The notes under the pieces: model-generated | The model's input: only the letters and a program-made list of their open reading frames with translations | Database searches by the model: none | Told to the model about the DNA's origin: nothing | Position numbers and translations under genes: made by a program | Assembly (NCBI GenBank): GCA_006226565.1 | Contig: SBGO01000027.1 | Coordinates: 1-61,029 of the forward strand | From: Deltaproteobacteria bacterium | Lineage (GTDB): Bacteria; Myxococcota_A; UBA9042; PHBI01 | Reading direction: 5' to 3' | Length of the DNA stretch: 61,029 nt | Part shown: positions 19,169-28,293 of the stretch, one piece after another | How positions within the stretch are numbered: position 1 is the first letter of the stretch | How the letters are laid out: every line of letters starts with the position of its first letter

Positions 19169-19810
19169 CTACTGCGCGCCGGCCGGCATCGGCGTGCGGT
19201 TGGCGACCTCGCGCGAGAACCAGCCGCCGGTCAGGGCGTCGAGGTCCGCCGTCAGGCCGTCGATGCGGAGCTGCTGGCGGAGCGCCTTCTCCACGCTCGT
19301 CGGCGGGCTCATCTCCATCTCGACCTGGAGCTGACGGCGCGCGTAGTAGAGCTTGTTGACCGTCGTGAGGATGTCCTCGCGCTGGTTCACGAGGCGCTCG
19401 ATCTGGCGCGTCGCCTGGATCCCGTCGCGGTTGAAGACGAGGCGGGTCAGGTCCCACTCGGCGCGGAGCTCGAGCTGCAGCTCACCGTCGGTCGACACGA
19501 GGTCACTCACCGAGCCCGACCCCGAGCTCGTCGTGCGCACGTCCGTGTCGTCCCCGTCGGTCCGCCGGAGGCGCCCGTACAGGCGTCGCGGCAGGAGGTT
19601 GGCGAAGCGCGCCTCGGACTGCCACGACTCGTAGGCCTCGGGGTTGACCCGGGCGTACTTCGCGGCCGCCCGCTGCACCTCGACCACGGTCGGCTCGAAG
19701 TCGAACTTCGCCAGGAGGCGCCGCGCCTGGATCATCGGGTCGGTGTCCGCGTGCGCCGCCGGGGCGGTGACGACGATGGCGACGGCCAAGGTTGCGAGGA
19801 TGTGCTTCAT
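19169..19810 (-). CDS. Exported protein resembling a single (half) TolC/OEP repeat
   Basis: C-terminal part of ORF 19169..20587, ATG 19810. Signal peptide MKHILATLAVAIVVTAPAAHA; helix-helix-LLP-strand-loop-strand-WDL-long helices ending ALTGGWF. ATGA overlap with the upstream gene. Confidence 0.7.
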   Translation of the reverse strand: MKHILATLAVAIVVTAPAAHADTDPMIQARRLLAKFDFEPTVVEVQRAAAKYARVNPEAYESWQSEARFANLLPRRLYGRLRRTDGDDTDVRTTSSGSGSVSDLVSTDGELQLELRAEWDLTRLVFNRDGIQATRQIERLVNQREDILTTVNKLYYARRQLQVEMEMSPPTSVEKALRQQLRIDGLTADLDALTGGWFSREVANRTPMPAGAQ

Positions 19811-21798
19811 GGCGAGGGGTCTCCGGGAGACGGGGGGGCGTCGACGGCGGCGCGGGTGACGCCGATGATCGGGAACTTGCCGGCGGTGTACACGTGGAGG
19901 TCGGCCTCGAGCTGCTCGATCGCCAGCAGCTCGGAGACCGCGTCGCGGGTCGAGGTGAACTCGGTCGCGACGAGGTCGATGCGCTTCTTCATCCAGGTCT
20001 GGTAGAGCGGCCCCACGGTGTCGCGGACCCGCTTCTGGCCGCGTCGGGCGGCGATCTCGGCCGCGCGGATGGCGGGGTCGGTGCCCTCGAGGGCCAGCAT
20101 CAGCGCGGGCATCAGGTCCCAGCGCAGCTCGACGCGGATCTCGTCGTTCACCGGCTGCACCTCGACCGCGTCGAGGATGCGGCGGCCGACGGCCGGGATG
20201 AAGAGGTACTCCTCGACGCGCTTCTCGGTCGAGATCACGCGGAAGTAGGCGTGCGGCAGGAGCCACGCGAGCGAGCTCTCGGTCTCCCAGCGCTTGGCGT
20301 CGCCGACCTTGATCGCCCGCGCGTTCGACGCCCAGCCCAGCGTCTCCTCCGCCGACGGCAGCCCCTCGAGGGCGCGCCGGGCCTGGAACTGCGCCCGCTT
20401 GGTCCAGAGCTTCTCCTGCTCCGGCACGAGCCGCGCGGTGCCGCCACGGCCGACGACGTAGAGGAAGCTCGACCCGGCCTGGGCCGGCGCGACGTCGGCG
20501 AGGCGCCGGTCGATGAGGCCTTCGTCCCGGCGCCGCCAGCCCGTCTCGGCGTCGTACTCCCAAGCCCCCGCGGCGCCGATCGCCCACACCGCTCCCGACC
20601 GTCCGGGGGCGAGGCGGAGGATCCCGGGGACCTGCCAGCGGGAGTCGACGAAGGCCAGCCCATCGGGCTCGGCCACCACGAGGGTCACGTGATCGGTCGA
20701 GGCGACCAGGAAGCGACGCTCGTCGATCTGCAGCAGATCGGTCGTCGCCTCGCGGCTGCGGCCGAGGCCCAGCGGCACCATCCCGACCGGGGTCTCGATG
20801 CGCAGGCCGTCGCTCGCGACCAGCACGAGCCGCGACCCCACCTGCGCCATGACGAAGATCGGCAGGTCCTCGTTGCTACCGACGACCCGCCGGCCCAGCC
20901 CGTCGTCGCCGAGCTCGAGGAGCCCGCGCTCGGTGGCGAGGATGGTGCGTCCGCGCGCGTCGCGCAGCACGTCGTTGACCGCCACGCGGCGGCCGCCGAA
21001 GCGCACCTCGCGCCCGGTGCCGGGCCGCCGCGCCGCGCGGTCGACGGTCCAGAGCCCGCGCCCGGTGCACACGTAGATCTTGTCCTCGATGACCCGCAGC
21101 CGCGTGACGCCGAAGCGGTCGTTCGAGTCCCCGGACGCCCCGGCCGCGTCGAGCGCATCGGACGCGTCGTCGGCCTCGTCACCGGAGACCGTCTCGGTCC
21201 CGGGGCTGATGGGCAGCCCGGTCAGCGGGTCGATGTCGTCGTTGGCGTCGATCGCGTCGGTGTCGTCGCTGTTGTAGAGCTCGCCGGTGTCGGGATCGAT
21301 CTGGTCGCCGTCCTCGCCGGTGACGACCTCTGCCTCGCCCGGATCGTCGGGGCGGACCGGGTCCACCTCGATCTGCTCGCCCTCGCCGGTGTTGCGCTCG
21401 ATCGCCGTCGCCCGGGACAGCTGGAGCACGAGCGAGAAGGTGTCGCCGGCGTCGTCCGAGACCCAGACGCTGGAGTTCGAAGCGATCCACAGGATCTGCG
21501 GGTCGACCGGGTCGCTCACCACGGCGGTCATGCCGGCCGTGCCCGGGACCGGCCCGATCGGCTCCCACACGAGCTCCGCGTGGGCGGCGCCCCCGCCCGC
21601 GAGCAGGAGCCACGTCGCCGCGAGCGACACGAGCGCCCGACGCGCGAGCGTCCACGTGCGCGGGGGCGAGGTCGGAGCCACCGGGATCGGCCGTGAGCAC
21701 GCGCGGGAAATCAGCGGGTCGCTCCTGTGGTGAGGAGGTGCGCCGGCGGTCACAGGGAACGCCGCGGCCACTGTAGAGGGCCGCGCGCTCGTCGGCAA
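19807..21798 (-). CDS. Exported beta-propeller (BNR/WD40-like) protein with acidic insert and C-terminal half TolC/OEP-like repeat
   Basis: Signal peptide ending GGGAAHA; W.S.DAG.TF BNR-like motif; propeller blades; D/E-rich insert; C-terminal ~150 aa similar to the 19169..19810 protein. Start uncertain (TTG 21798 or GTG 21681). Confidence 0.7.
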   Translation of the reverse strand: MPTSARPSTVAAAFPVTAGAPPHHRSDPLISRACSRPIPVAPTSPPRTWTLARRALVSLAATWLLLAGGGAAHAELVWEPIGPVPGTAGMTAVVSDPVDPQILWIASNSSVWVSDDAGDTFSLVLQLSRATAIERNTGEGEQIEVDPVRPDDPGEAEVVTGEDGDQIDPDTGELYNSDDTDAIDANDDIDPLTGLPISPGTETVSGDEADDASDALDAAGASGDSNDRFGVTRLRVIEDKIYVCTGRGLWTVDRAARRPGTGREVRFGGRRVAVNDVLRDARGRTILATERGLLELGDDGLGRRVVGSNEDLPIFVMAQVGSRLVLVASDGLRIETPVGMVPLGLGRSREATTDLLQIDERRFLVASTDHVTLVVAEPDGLAFVDSRWQVPGILRLAPGRSGAVWAIGAAGAWEYDAETGWRRRDEGLIDRRLADVAPAQAGSSFLYVVGRGGTARLVPEQEKLWTKRAQFQARRALEGLPSAEETLGWASNARAIKVGDAKRWETESSLAWLLPHAYFRVISTEKRVEEYLFIPAVGRRILDAVEVQPVNDEIRVELRWDLMPALMLALEGTDPAIRAAEIAARRGQKRVRDTVGPLYQTWMKKRIDLVATEFTSTRDAVSELLAIEQLEADLHVYTAGKFPIIGVTRAAVDAPPSPGDPSP

Positions 21799-21812
21799 CT
21801 ACGTCCTCGCCC

Positions 21813-22916
21813 TCACCAGTCGTCCGGCGCGAACTCCACCACCCACGGGACCCACTGCTCGGTCGGCGTCCCGTCCACGAGGCCCGGCGAGAAGAGGAGC
21901 TGGCGGCCCACCTTCTCGGCCTCCCGATCGAAGGCGCCGCCGGCGCCGCGCACGATCTTGACGCGCTTCACCGTGCCGTCGGTGCCCACGAGCAGCGACA
22001 GCGCGACCGAGACCGAGCGCCCGAGGCGCGGCGCGTCCTCCGGATAGACGCCGCGCACCCGCTTCTTCACCTTGGGCGGCGTCCGCTTCGGGGCGCGCGT
22101 GCCCCCGGTGCCGTCGCCGACCTCGTCGGGCACCTTGTCGGGGTCGTCCACCTGCTCGACGTTGGTGTTGCGCTCGTTCGCCTCGACGCTCGCGTCGCCG
22201 AGGATGTCCTGCTCGCCGGACTGGATCGCCACGCCCTTGCCGAGCTTGGTGAGCCCGGTCAGCACCAGCGGCGCCGGCTCGTTCTTGGGCGCGTCCTTCG
22301 GCGACTCGCGCTTCGTCTCGTTCTTCGGCTTGGGCTGCCCGGCCTTCTTGATGTGGTTCTTGGGCTTGCGCGTCGGCGCCTTCTTCTCGTCCGGCTTGTC
22401 GGTGACCTTCTCGGTCTCCTTCACGACGGGCTTGATCGGCTCGGGCGGCGGCTCGGGGGGCTTGGGCGGCTCGGGCGGTGGGGTGATCTTCGGCAGCACG
22501 AGCGCCGCCGTCGGCAGCTCCTCGAAGGACGTCGGCTGGGGGCACGGCGCCGAGTCGCGCGTGACGACGAGCTCGCGGCTCCCGAGGTGCCAGGTCAGGC
22601 TCGGCCCCTCGAAGCTCACCTCGAGGGCGCCGCGGGGGAACTCGCCCCCCTTCCCCGGGAGGAAGCTCCGCGGCTGCCCGCGGTCGGCCGCGCCGGGGCT
22701 GAAGCGGTTCTCCTCGCCGACCGGGAAGGCCAGCGGCTCGTCCTCGACGTTGTCCCAGCCGAGGTAGGCGACCGCGGTCCGGTCACTGACGACCTTCACG
22801 CACATGAGCGTAGGGCGGACCGGCGAGTACACCGAGCGCACGACGCCGATGGCGACGCCGCCGCTGCTCACCGCGACAGCGACCGCGATGGCCAGCCGCT
22901 TGCCCTGACTCAGCAC
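21813..22916 (-). CDS. tonB: TonB family energy transducer with an extra periplasmic domain
   Basis: N-terminal TM; inserted domain (YLGWDN..FPVGEENRFSPG..DRGQP..FLPG); Pro/Lys-rich linker PEPPKPPEPP; TonB_C-like YPEDA..V.L...GTV..VKIV...FD.EA......F.P. Confidence 0.8.
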   Translation of the reverse strand: MLSQGKRLAIAVAVAVSSGGVAIGVVRSVYSPVRPTLMCVKVVSDRTAVAYLGWDNVEDEPLAFPVGEENRFSPGAADRGQPRSFLPGKGGEFPRGALEVSFEGPSLTWHLGSRELVVTRDSAPCPQPTSFEELPTAALVLPKITPPPEPPKPPEPPPEPIKPVVKETEKVTDKPDEKKAPTRKPKNHIKKAGQPKPKNETKRESPKDAPKNEPAPLVLTGLTKLGKGVAIQSGEQDILGDASVEANERNTNVEQVDDPDKVPDEVGDGTGGTRAPKRTPPKVKKRVRGVYPEDAPRLGRSVSVALSLLVGTDGTVKRVKIVRGAGGAFDREAEKVGRQLLFSPGLVDGTPTEQWVPWVVEFAPDDW

Positions 22917-22917
22917 G

Positions 22918-23364
22918 CTATTGAATCTCCATCGGCTTGGTGTTGATCGCCACGTCGGGGATCCCGAGCAGTCGGATGGTGTCGATGACCTTCAGCACGT
23001 CTCCGTGGCTCAGGCGCTCGTCGGCGGCCACGAAGGCCTCGAGCTTGGCGCCGCGCGCCTTCATGTCGCCCACGTAGCCTTTGATGCCATCGAGGTCGGT
23101 CTTGTTCCCGTTGAGGAACAGGTCGCCGTCCTTGTTGATGGCGAGGGACAGCAGGGACTTGTTCGGCGACTCCTCGGCCGTCGCGGCCATGGGGAGCTGC
23201 ACGGGCACGTTCGGCGGCGGCTTGTAGTCCTCGAACTTCTCCTGCACGAACTCGGTCGTGACCATGAAGATGATGAGGAGCACGAGCATGATGTCGACGA
23301 GGGGGACGACGTTGATCTCGTTGAGCCCCTCCTCGTTGTCGTGAAGGCTACCCCCGGCCACCAT
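22918..23364 (-). CDS. exbD: ExbD/TolR biopolymer transport protein
   Basis: EINVVPLVDIMLVLLIIFMVT, VQLP.A, ADERLSHGDVLKVID. Confidence 0.93.
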   Translation of the reverse strand: MVAGGSLHDNEEGLNEINVVPLVDIMLVLLIIFMVTTEFVQEKFEDYKPPPNVPVQLPMAATAEESPNKSLLSLAINKDGDLFLNGNKTDLDGIKGYVGDMKARGAKLEAFVAADERLSHGDVLKVIDTIRLLGIPDVAINTKPMEIQ

Positions 23365-24013
23365 TGCCTCCGTGCGGACCGTGGGGGTCCGCCTTGAGGT
23401 AGGCGAGCAGCATCCGCGCCACGCTCTCGGTGTTGCCGGCCATGATGCGGATCCGGTTCTTGAAGGCGTTGAACGCGACGACCGACGGGATCGCCACGCC
23501 GAGGCCGACCGCCGTCGCGATCAGCGCCTCGCCGATGCTGCTCATGACCTGGGCCTTCAGCACGGTCCCCTCGGCGCCGCTGCCGAGGGCGCTGAAGGCG
23601 CTGAGGATGCCGATGACGGTGCCGAAGAGGCCGATGAACGGCGCGCTGTTGCCCAGGGTGCCGAGGATCGGGAGGAAGCGGTCGTAGTAGACGCGCTGCT
23701 GGGCGATGGACGCCTGGATCACCTCCTCGACCGCGTTGACCCCGTCACCCCACGCGTCGAGCGCGGCGTGCAGGACCCCTCCGGTCATCCCCGAGAGCCC
23801 CTCGACCGAGCGCCGCGCGGCGTCGGGGCCGCCCCGCTTCAGCGCCGCGACGACCTGCTTGCTCAGCGCCTCCGGGTCGACCCGGTGGCGCCGGAAGAAG
23901 ATGAAGCGCTCGACCATCACGACGATGGCGAGCACGCCGAGCGCCACGAGGAGCCAGAGCACCCACTCGGCGCCGAGGTGTTCGAAGAACTGCAGCAGGC
24001 TTTCGGTGAGCAT
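23348..24013 (-). CDS. exbB: MotA/TolQ/ExbB proton channel protein
   Basis: LGTLGNSAPFIGLFGTVIGI, IGEALIATAVGLGVAIPSVVAFN; ATG 24013. Confidence 0.93.
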   Translation of the reverse strand: MLTESLLQFFEHLGAEWVLWLLVALGVLAIVVMVERFIFFRRHRVDPEALSKQVVAALKRGGPDAARRSVEGLSGMTGGVLHAALDAWGDGVNAVEEVIQASIAQQRVYYDRFLPILGTLGNSAPFIGLFGTVIGILSAFSALGSGAEGTVLKAQVMSSIGEALIATAVGLGVAIPSVVAFNAFKNRIRIMAGNTESVARMLLAYLKADPHGPHGGNGGRG

Positions 24014-24200
24014 GTGTGTCCTGAGCGATGAGCGGACCGATGAAGCGCAGCGTTCTAGATACGGACACTCGGCGGTTCGGCCAAGCAGGAATTTGGGCCG
24101 CCCGGCCCCGCGCGCGTAACGGCGGAGCCCTTCGAACGGCGCCCCGAGGGGGCGAGCGCGGCCGTGACACGGGGCGGGCCCGCGTGCTAACGAACGCGCC

Positions 24201-24956
24201 ATGTCGGGTCACAACAAATGGAGCACCATCAAGCACCGCAAGGGCGCGCAGGACGCCAAGCGGGGAAAGGTCTTCACGAAGCTCATCAAGGAGCTCACGG
24301 TCTCCGCGCGCCTCGGAGGGGGCGACCCCGGCGGTAACCCGCGGCTGCGCGCCGCGCTGTCGGCCGCGCGCGCAGCCAACATGCCCAAGGACAACATCGA
24401 CCGCGCCATCAAGAAGGGCACCGGCGAGCTCGAGGGCGTCGATTACGTCGAGGTCAACTACGAGGGCTACGGCCCCGAGGGCGTGGCGCTCCTCATCGAG
24501 ACGCTGACCGACAACTCGAACCGCACCGTGAGCGAGGTCCGCGGCGTCTTCCACAAGCGCCACGGCAAGATGGGTGAGCCCGGCTCGGTCGCCTGGATGT
24601 TCGAGCAGAAGGGCGAGGTCAAGCTCGACAAGGCCGTCGGCGACTTCGAGGCGCTCTTCGAGCTCGCCCTCGAGGCCGGCGCCGAGGACGTCGTCGACGG
24701 CGGCGACACCTGGAACGTGATGACGAGCCGGGACGCGCTCTACGCCGTCAGCGGCGCCATCGAGGAGCACGGCCACGAGCCGGTCGAGACCTCGCTCGTC
24801 CAGGTGCCGCAGACCGTCGTCGAGATCACCGACGTGGACCTGGCCCACCGGATCCTCGGCATCGTCGAGGCCTTCGAGGACCTCGACGACGTGCAGAAGG
24901 TCTGGGCGAACTTCGACTTCACCGACGACGTCGCCGCGGCGCTGGCCGAGGACTGA
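24201..24956 (+). CDS. yebC: YebC/PmpR family regulator
   Basis: MSGHNKWSTIKHRKG, NPRLR, NMPKDNIDRAIKK, YEGYGPEG, EDLDDVQKVWAN. Confidence 0.97.
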   Translation: MSGHNKWSTIKHRKGAQDAKRGKVFTKLIKELTVSARLGGGDPGGNPRLRAALSAARAANMPKDNIDRAIKKGTGELEGVDYVEVNYEGYGPEGVALLIETLTDNSNRTVSEVRGVFHKRHGKMGEPGSVAWMFEQKGEVKLDKAVGDFEALFELALEAGAEDVVDGGDTWNVMTSRDALYAVSGAIEEHGHEPVETSLVQVPQTVVEITDVDLAHRILGIVEAFEDLDDVQKVWANFDFTDDVAAALAED

Positions 24957-24958
24957 GG

Positions 24959-25456
24959 GTGCTGGTCCTCGGCGTCGATCCCGGCACGCTCGTGACCGGC
25001 TGGGGGCTGGTCGAGTGCGGCGTCGGCGGCGTGGCGCGCCACGTCGACCACGGCGTCGTGCGCACGCGGGCCACGGACCCGCTCTGGGACCGGCTCAAGG
25101 TCATCCACGACGCGCTCCTCGCCATCGCCGAGCGGCACCGCCCGGCGGCGCTCTCGCTCGAGCAGTGCTTCGTCTCCAAGAACGTGCAGTCGGCGCTCAA
25201 GCTCGGCCACACCCGCGGCGTGGTGATGATGGCGGCGATGGCGGTCGGCGCCGAGGTCCACGAGTACACGCCGATGCAGATCAAGAGCGCGGTGACCGGG
25301 AGCGGTCGCGCGGACAAGCACCAGGTGGCCGAGATGGTGCGCGTCATCCTGGGGCTGCCGGCGGCGGCCCCCTACGACGCTTCGGACGCGCTCGCCGCCG
25401 CGCTGTGCCACGGCGCCGGCCTGGGCGTGCGCGGCCGGATGATGGGGGCACGATGA
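24959..25456 (+). CDS. ruvC: Holliday junction resolvase RuvC
   Basis: LGVDPG, SLEQCFVSKN, EYTPMQIKSAVTGSGRADK.QV, DASDALA. Confidence 0.95.
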   Translation: MLVLGVDPGTLVTGWGLVECGVGGVARHVDHGVVRTRATDPLWDRLKVIHDALLAIAERHRPAALSLEQCFVSKNVQSALKLGHTRGVVMMAAMAVGAEVHEYTPMQIKSAVTGSGRADKHQVAEMVRVILGLPAAAPYDASDALAAALCHGAGLGVRGRMMGAR

Positions 25457-26052
25457 TCGCGTGGCTCAAGGGCGACCTCCGGATGCGCGACGACGAGGGG
25501 CGCATCATCCTCGACGTCGGTGGCGTCGGCTACGCGCTGACGGTGCCCATCGGCGTGGCCGGCCAGGCCGAGCTCGGCGACACGGTCGAGCTCTTCGTGC
25601 ACACCCACGTGCGCGAGGACCAGATCGCCCTCTTCGGCTTCGAGGACGAGGCCCAGCTCCAGGCGTTCAACGCGCTCCTCGGGGTCTCCAAGGTGGGGCC
25701 GAAGCTCGCCGTGAACGTGCTGAGCGGCATCGACCCGGCCGGCCTCGCGGACGCCATCGACCGCGGCGACCTGGCGCGCCTCGCGACCATCAGCGGCGTC
25801 GGCAAGCGCCTCGCCGAGCGGCTCTCGGTCGAGCTCCGCGGCAAGCTCGCGGTCGCGCCCCAGGCCACGACGGCCCGGATCGCCCCGCGCGGCGCCGAGC
25901 CGCAGACCTTCCGCGACCTCCGCTCGGCGCTCGCCAACCTGCAGTACCGACCCAAAGAGGTCGACGCCGCCCTCGCGCAGCTCCGCGAGGAGGCCCCCGA
26001 CGCCGAGTTCGACGTGCTCCTGCGCCGCGCGCTGGCGCTCTTGAGGAAGTAG
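25453..26052 (+). CDS. ruvA: Holliday junction branch migration protein RuvA
   Basis: [49 protein letters not shown]; ATG 25453 overlaps the ruvC stop. Confidence 0.95.
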   Translation: MIAWLKGDLRMRDDEGRIILDVGGVGYALTVPIGVAGQAELGDTVELFVHTHVREDQIALFGFEDEAQLQAFNALLGVSKVGPKLAVNVLSGIDPAGLADAIDRGDLARLATISGVGKRLAERLSVELRGKLAVAPQATTARIAPRGAEPQTFRDLRSALANLQYRPKEVDAALAQLREEAPDAEFDVLLRRALALLRK

Positions 26053-26056
26053 CGCC

Positions 26057-27100
<1,044 letters not shown>

Positions 27101-27107
27101 GTCGGGC

Positions 27108-28217
27108 TCAGGCCTCGTCGCCGAAGACGGTGCCGAGGGAGCGGGCGGCGCGGACGAGCTGACCGTTCGGGTCGACGCGCTTCTGGTGGCCGATCGCCTC
27201 GCGGATCGGGACGTCGACGATCTGCGTCCCGCGCAGCGCCACCATGCGCCCGAAGCCGCCGTTGGCGACGAGGTGCGTGGCGGCCTCGCCGAAGCGGGTG
27301 CCGAGCACGCGGTCGAAGTTGCTGGGGCTGCCGCCGCGCTGGGTGTGGCCGAGGACGGTCACCCGCAGGTCGAGGTCGATGAGCTCCGAGAGCCCCGCGG
27401 CCACGCGCTGGGCGGCGCCGAAGAGGCGGCGCATCCCGCCGACCTCGCGCTCGCCGAGGTAGCTCGCCTCGCCGTCCGCGGGCTTGGCGCCCTCGGCCAC
27501 GACGATGACCGAGTAGGGCTGACCGCTCGCGCGGCGCTCCTCGATGGCCCGCGCCACCGGGGCGAGGCGGTAGGGGATCTCGGGCAGGAGGATGGCGTGG
27601 GCGCCGCCGGCGAGCCCGGCCTGGAGCGCGATCCAGCCGGCGTCGCGGCCCATGACCTCGACCAGCATCACGCGGTCGTGGCTCTCCGCGGTGTCGCGGA
27701 GGCGGTCGATGGCGTCGGTCGCCACGCTCACGGCGGTGTCGAAGCCGAACGTGTAGTCGGTCGCGCCGAGGTCGTTGTCGATGGTCTTCGGCACGCCGAC
27801 GATGTTCGGGAGGCCGCGGTCGATGCACTGCTGCGCGATGGCCATCGAGCCGTCCCCGCCGACCGAGACGAGGGCGTCGAGCCCGAGCCGCTCCCAGTTC
27901 TCGAGGACGCGGTCGAAGACGTCCACCTCGACCCGCTGGCCGTCGCGCTCGACGGCGTAGGCGAAGGGGTTCGACCGGTTCGACGTGCCCAGGATGGTGC
28001 CGCCGCGGGTGTGGATGTTGCGGACGGTGTCGTCGTCGAGCCAGCGGTTGCCGTAGGGCGAGCGATAGTCGAGGTCGATGAGGCCGCAGAAGGCGTCCTC
28101 GATGCCGAGCACGTCCCAGCCGTAGCCGCGGGCGGTCTTCACGACCGCGCGGATCACCGGGTTGAGCCCGGGGCAGTCCCCGCCGCCCGTCATGATCCCG
28201 ATCTTCCGGATTGCCAT
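27108..28217 (-). CDS. pfkA: 6-phosphofructokinase (group III-type)
   Basis: TGGGDCPGLN, RGGTILGTS, GGDGS, GVPKTIDND, EVMGRDAGWIAL, LGHTQRGG. Confidence 0.93.
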   Translation of the reverse strand: MAIRKIGIMTGGGDCPGLNPVIRAVVKTARGYGWDVLGIEDAFCGLIDLDYRSPYGNRWLDDDTVRNIHTRGGTILGTSNRSNPFAYAVERDGQRVEVDVFDRVLENWERLGLDALVSVGGDGSMAIAQQCIDRGLPNIVGVPKTIDNDLGATDYTFGFDTAVSVATDAIDRLRDTAESHDRVMLVEVMGRDAGWIALQAGLAGGAHAILLPEIPYRLAPVARAIEERRASGQPYSVIVVAEGAKPADGEASYLGEREVGGMRRLFGAAQRVAAGLSELIDLDLRVTVLGHTQRGGSPSNFDRVLGTRFGEAATHLVANGGFGRMVALRGTQIVDVPIREAIGHQKRVDPNGQLVRAARSLGTVFGDEA

Positions 28218-28293
28218 GGCGACCCCTCCCGGTCCGACGCCGAGCCGATTGTGGCCCCGCGCGCCGCGCCACGCAAACCGCCCCGGCGAGGCC

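Noticed and set aside
19169-24013. Identification as a Tol-Pal or Agl/Glt gliding-motor locus
   Set aside because: No pal, tolB-like C-terminal six-blade plus Pal pairing, second TolR paralog, or TPR/FHA Glt-type genes are present; the downstream genes look OEP-like instead. This is not fully excluded without profile searches.
24014-24200. Fur box upstream of the exbB-exbD-tonB operon
   Set aside because: No GATAATGATAATCATTATC-like sequence is visible, so iron regulation is unsupported.
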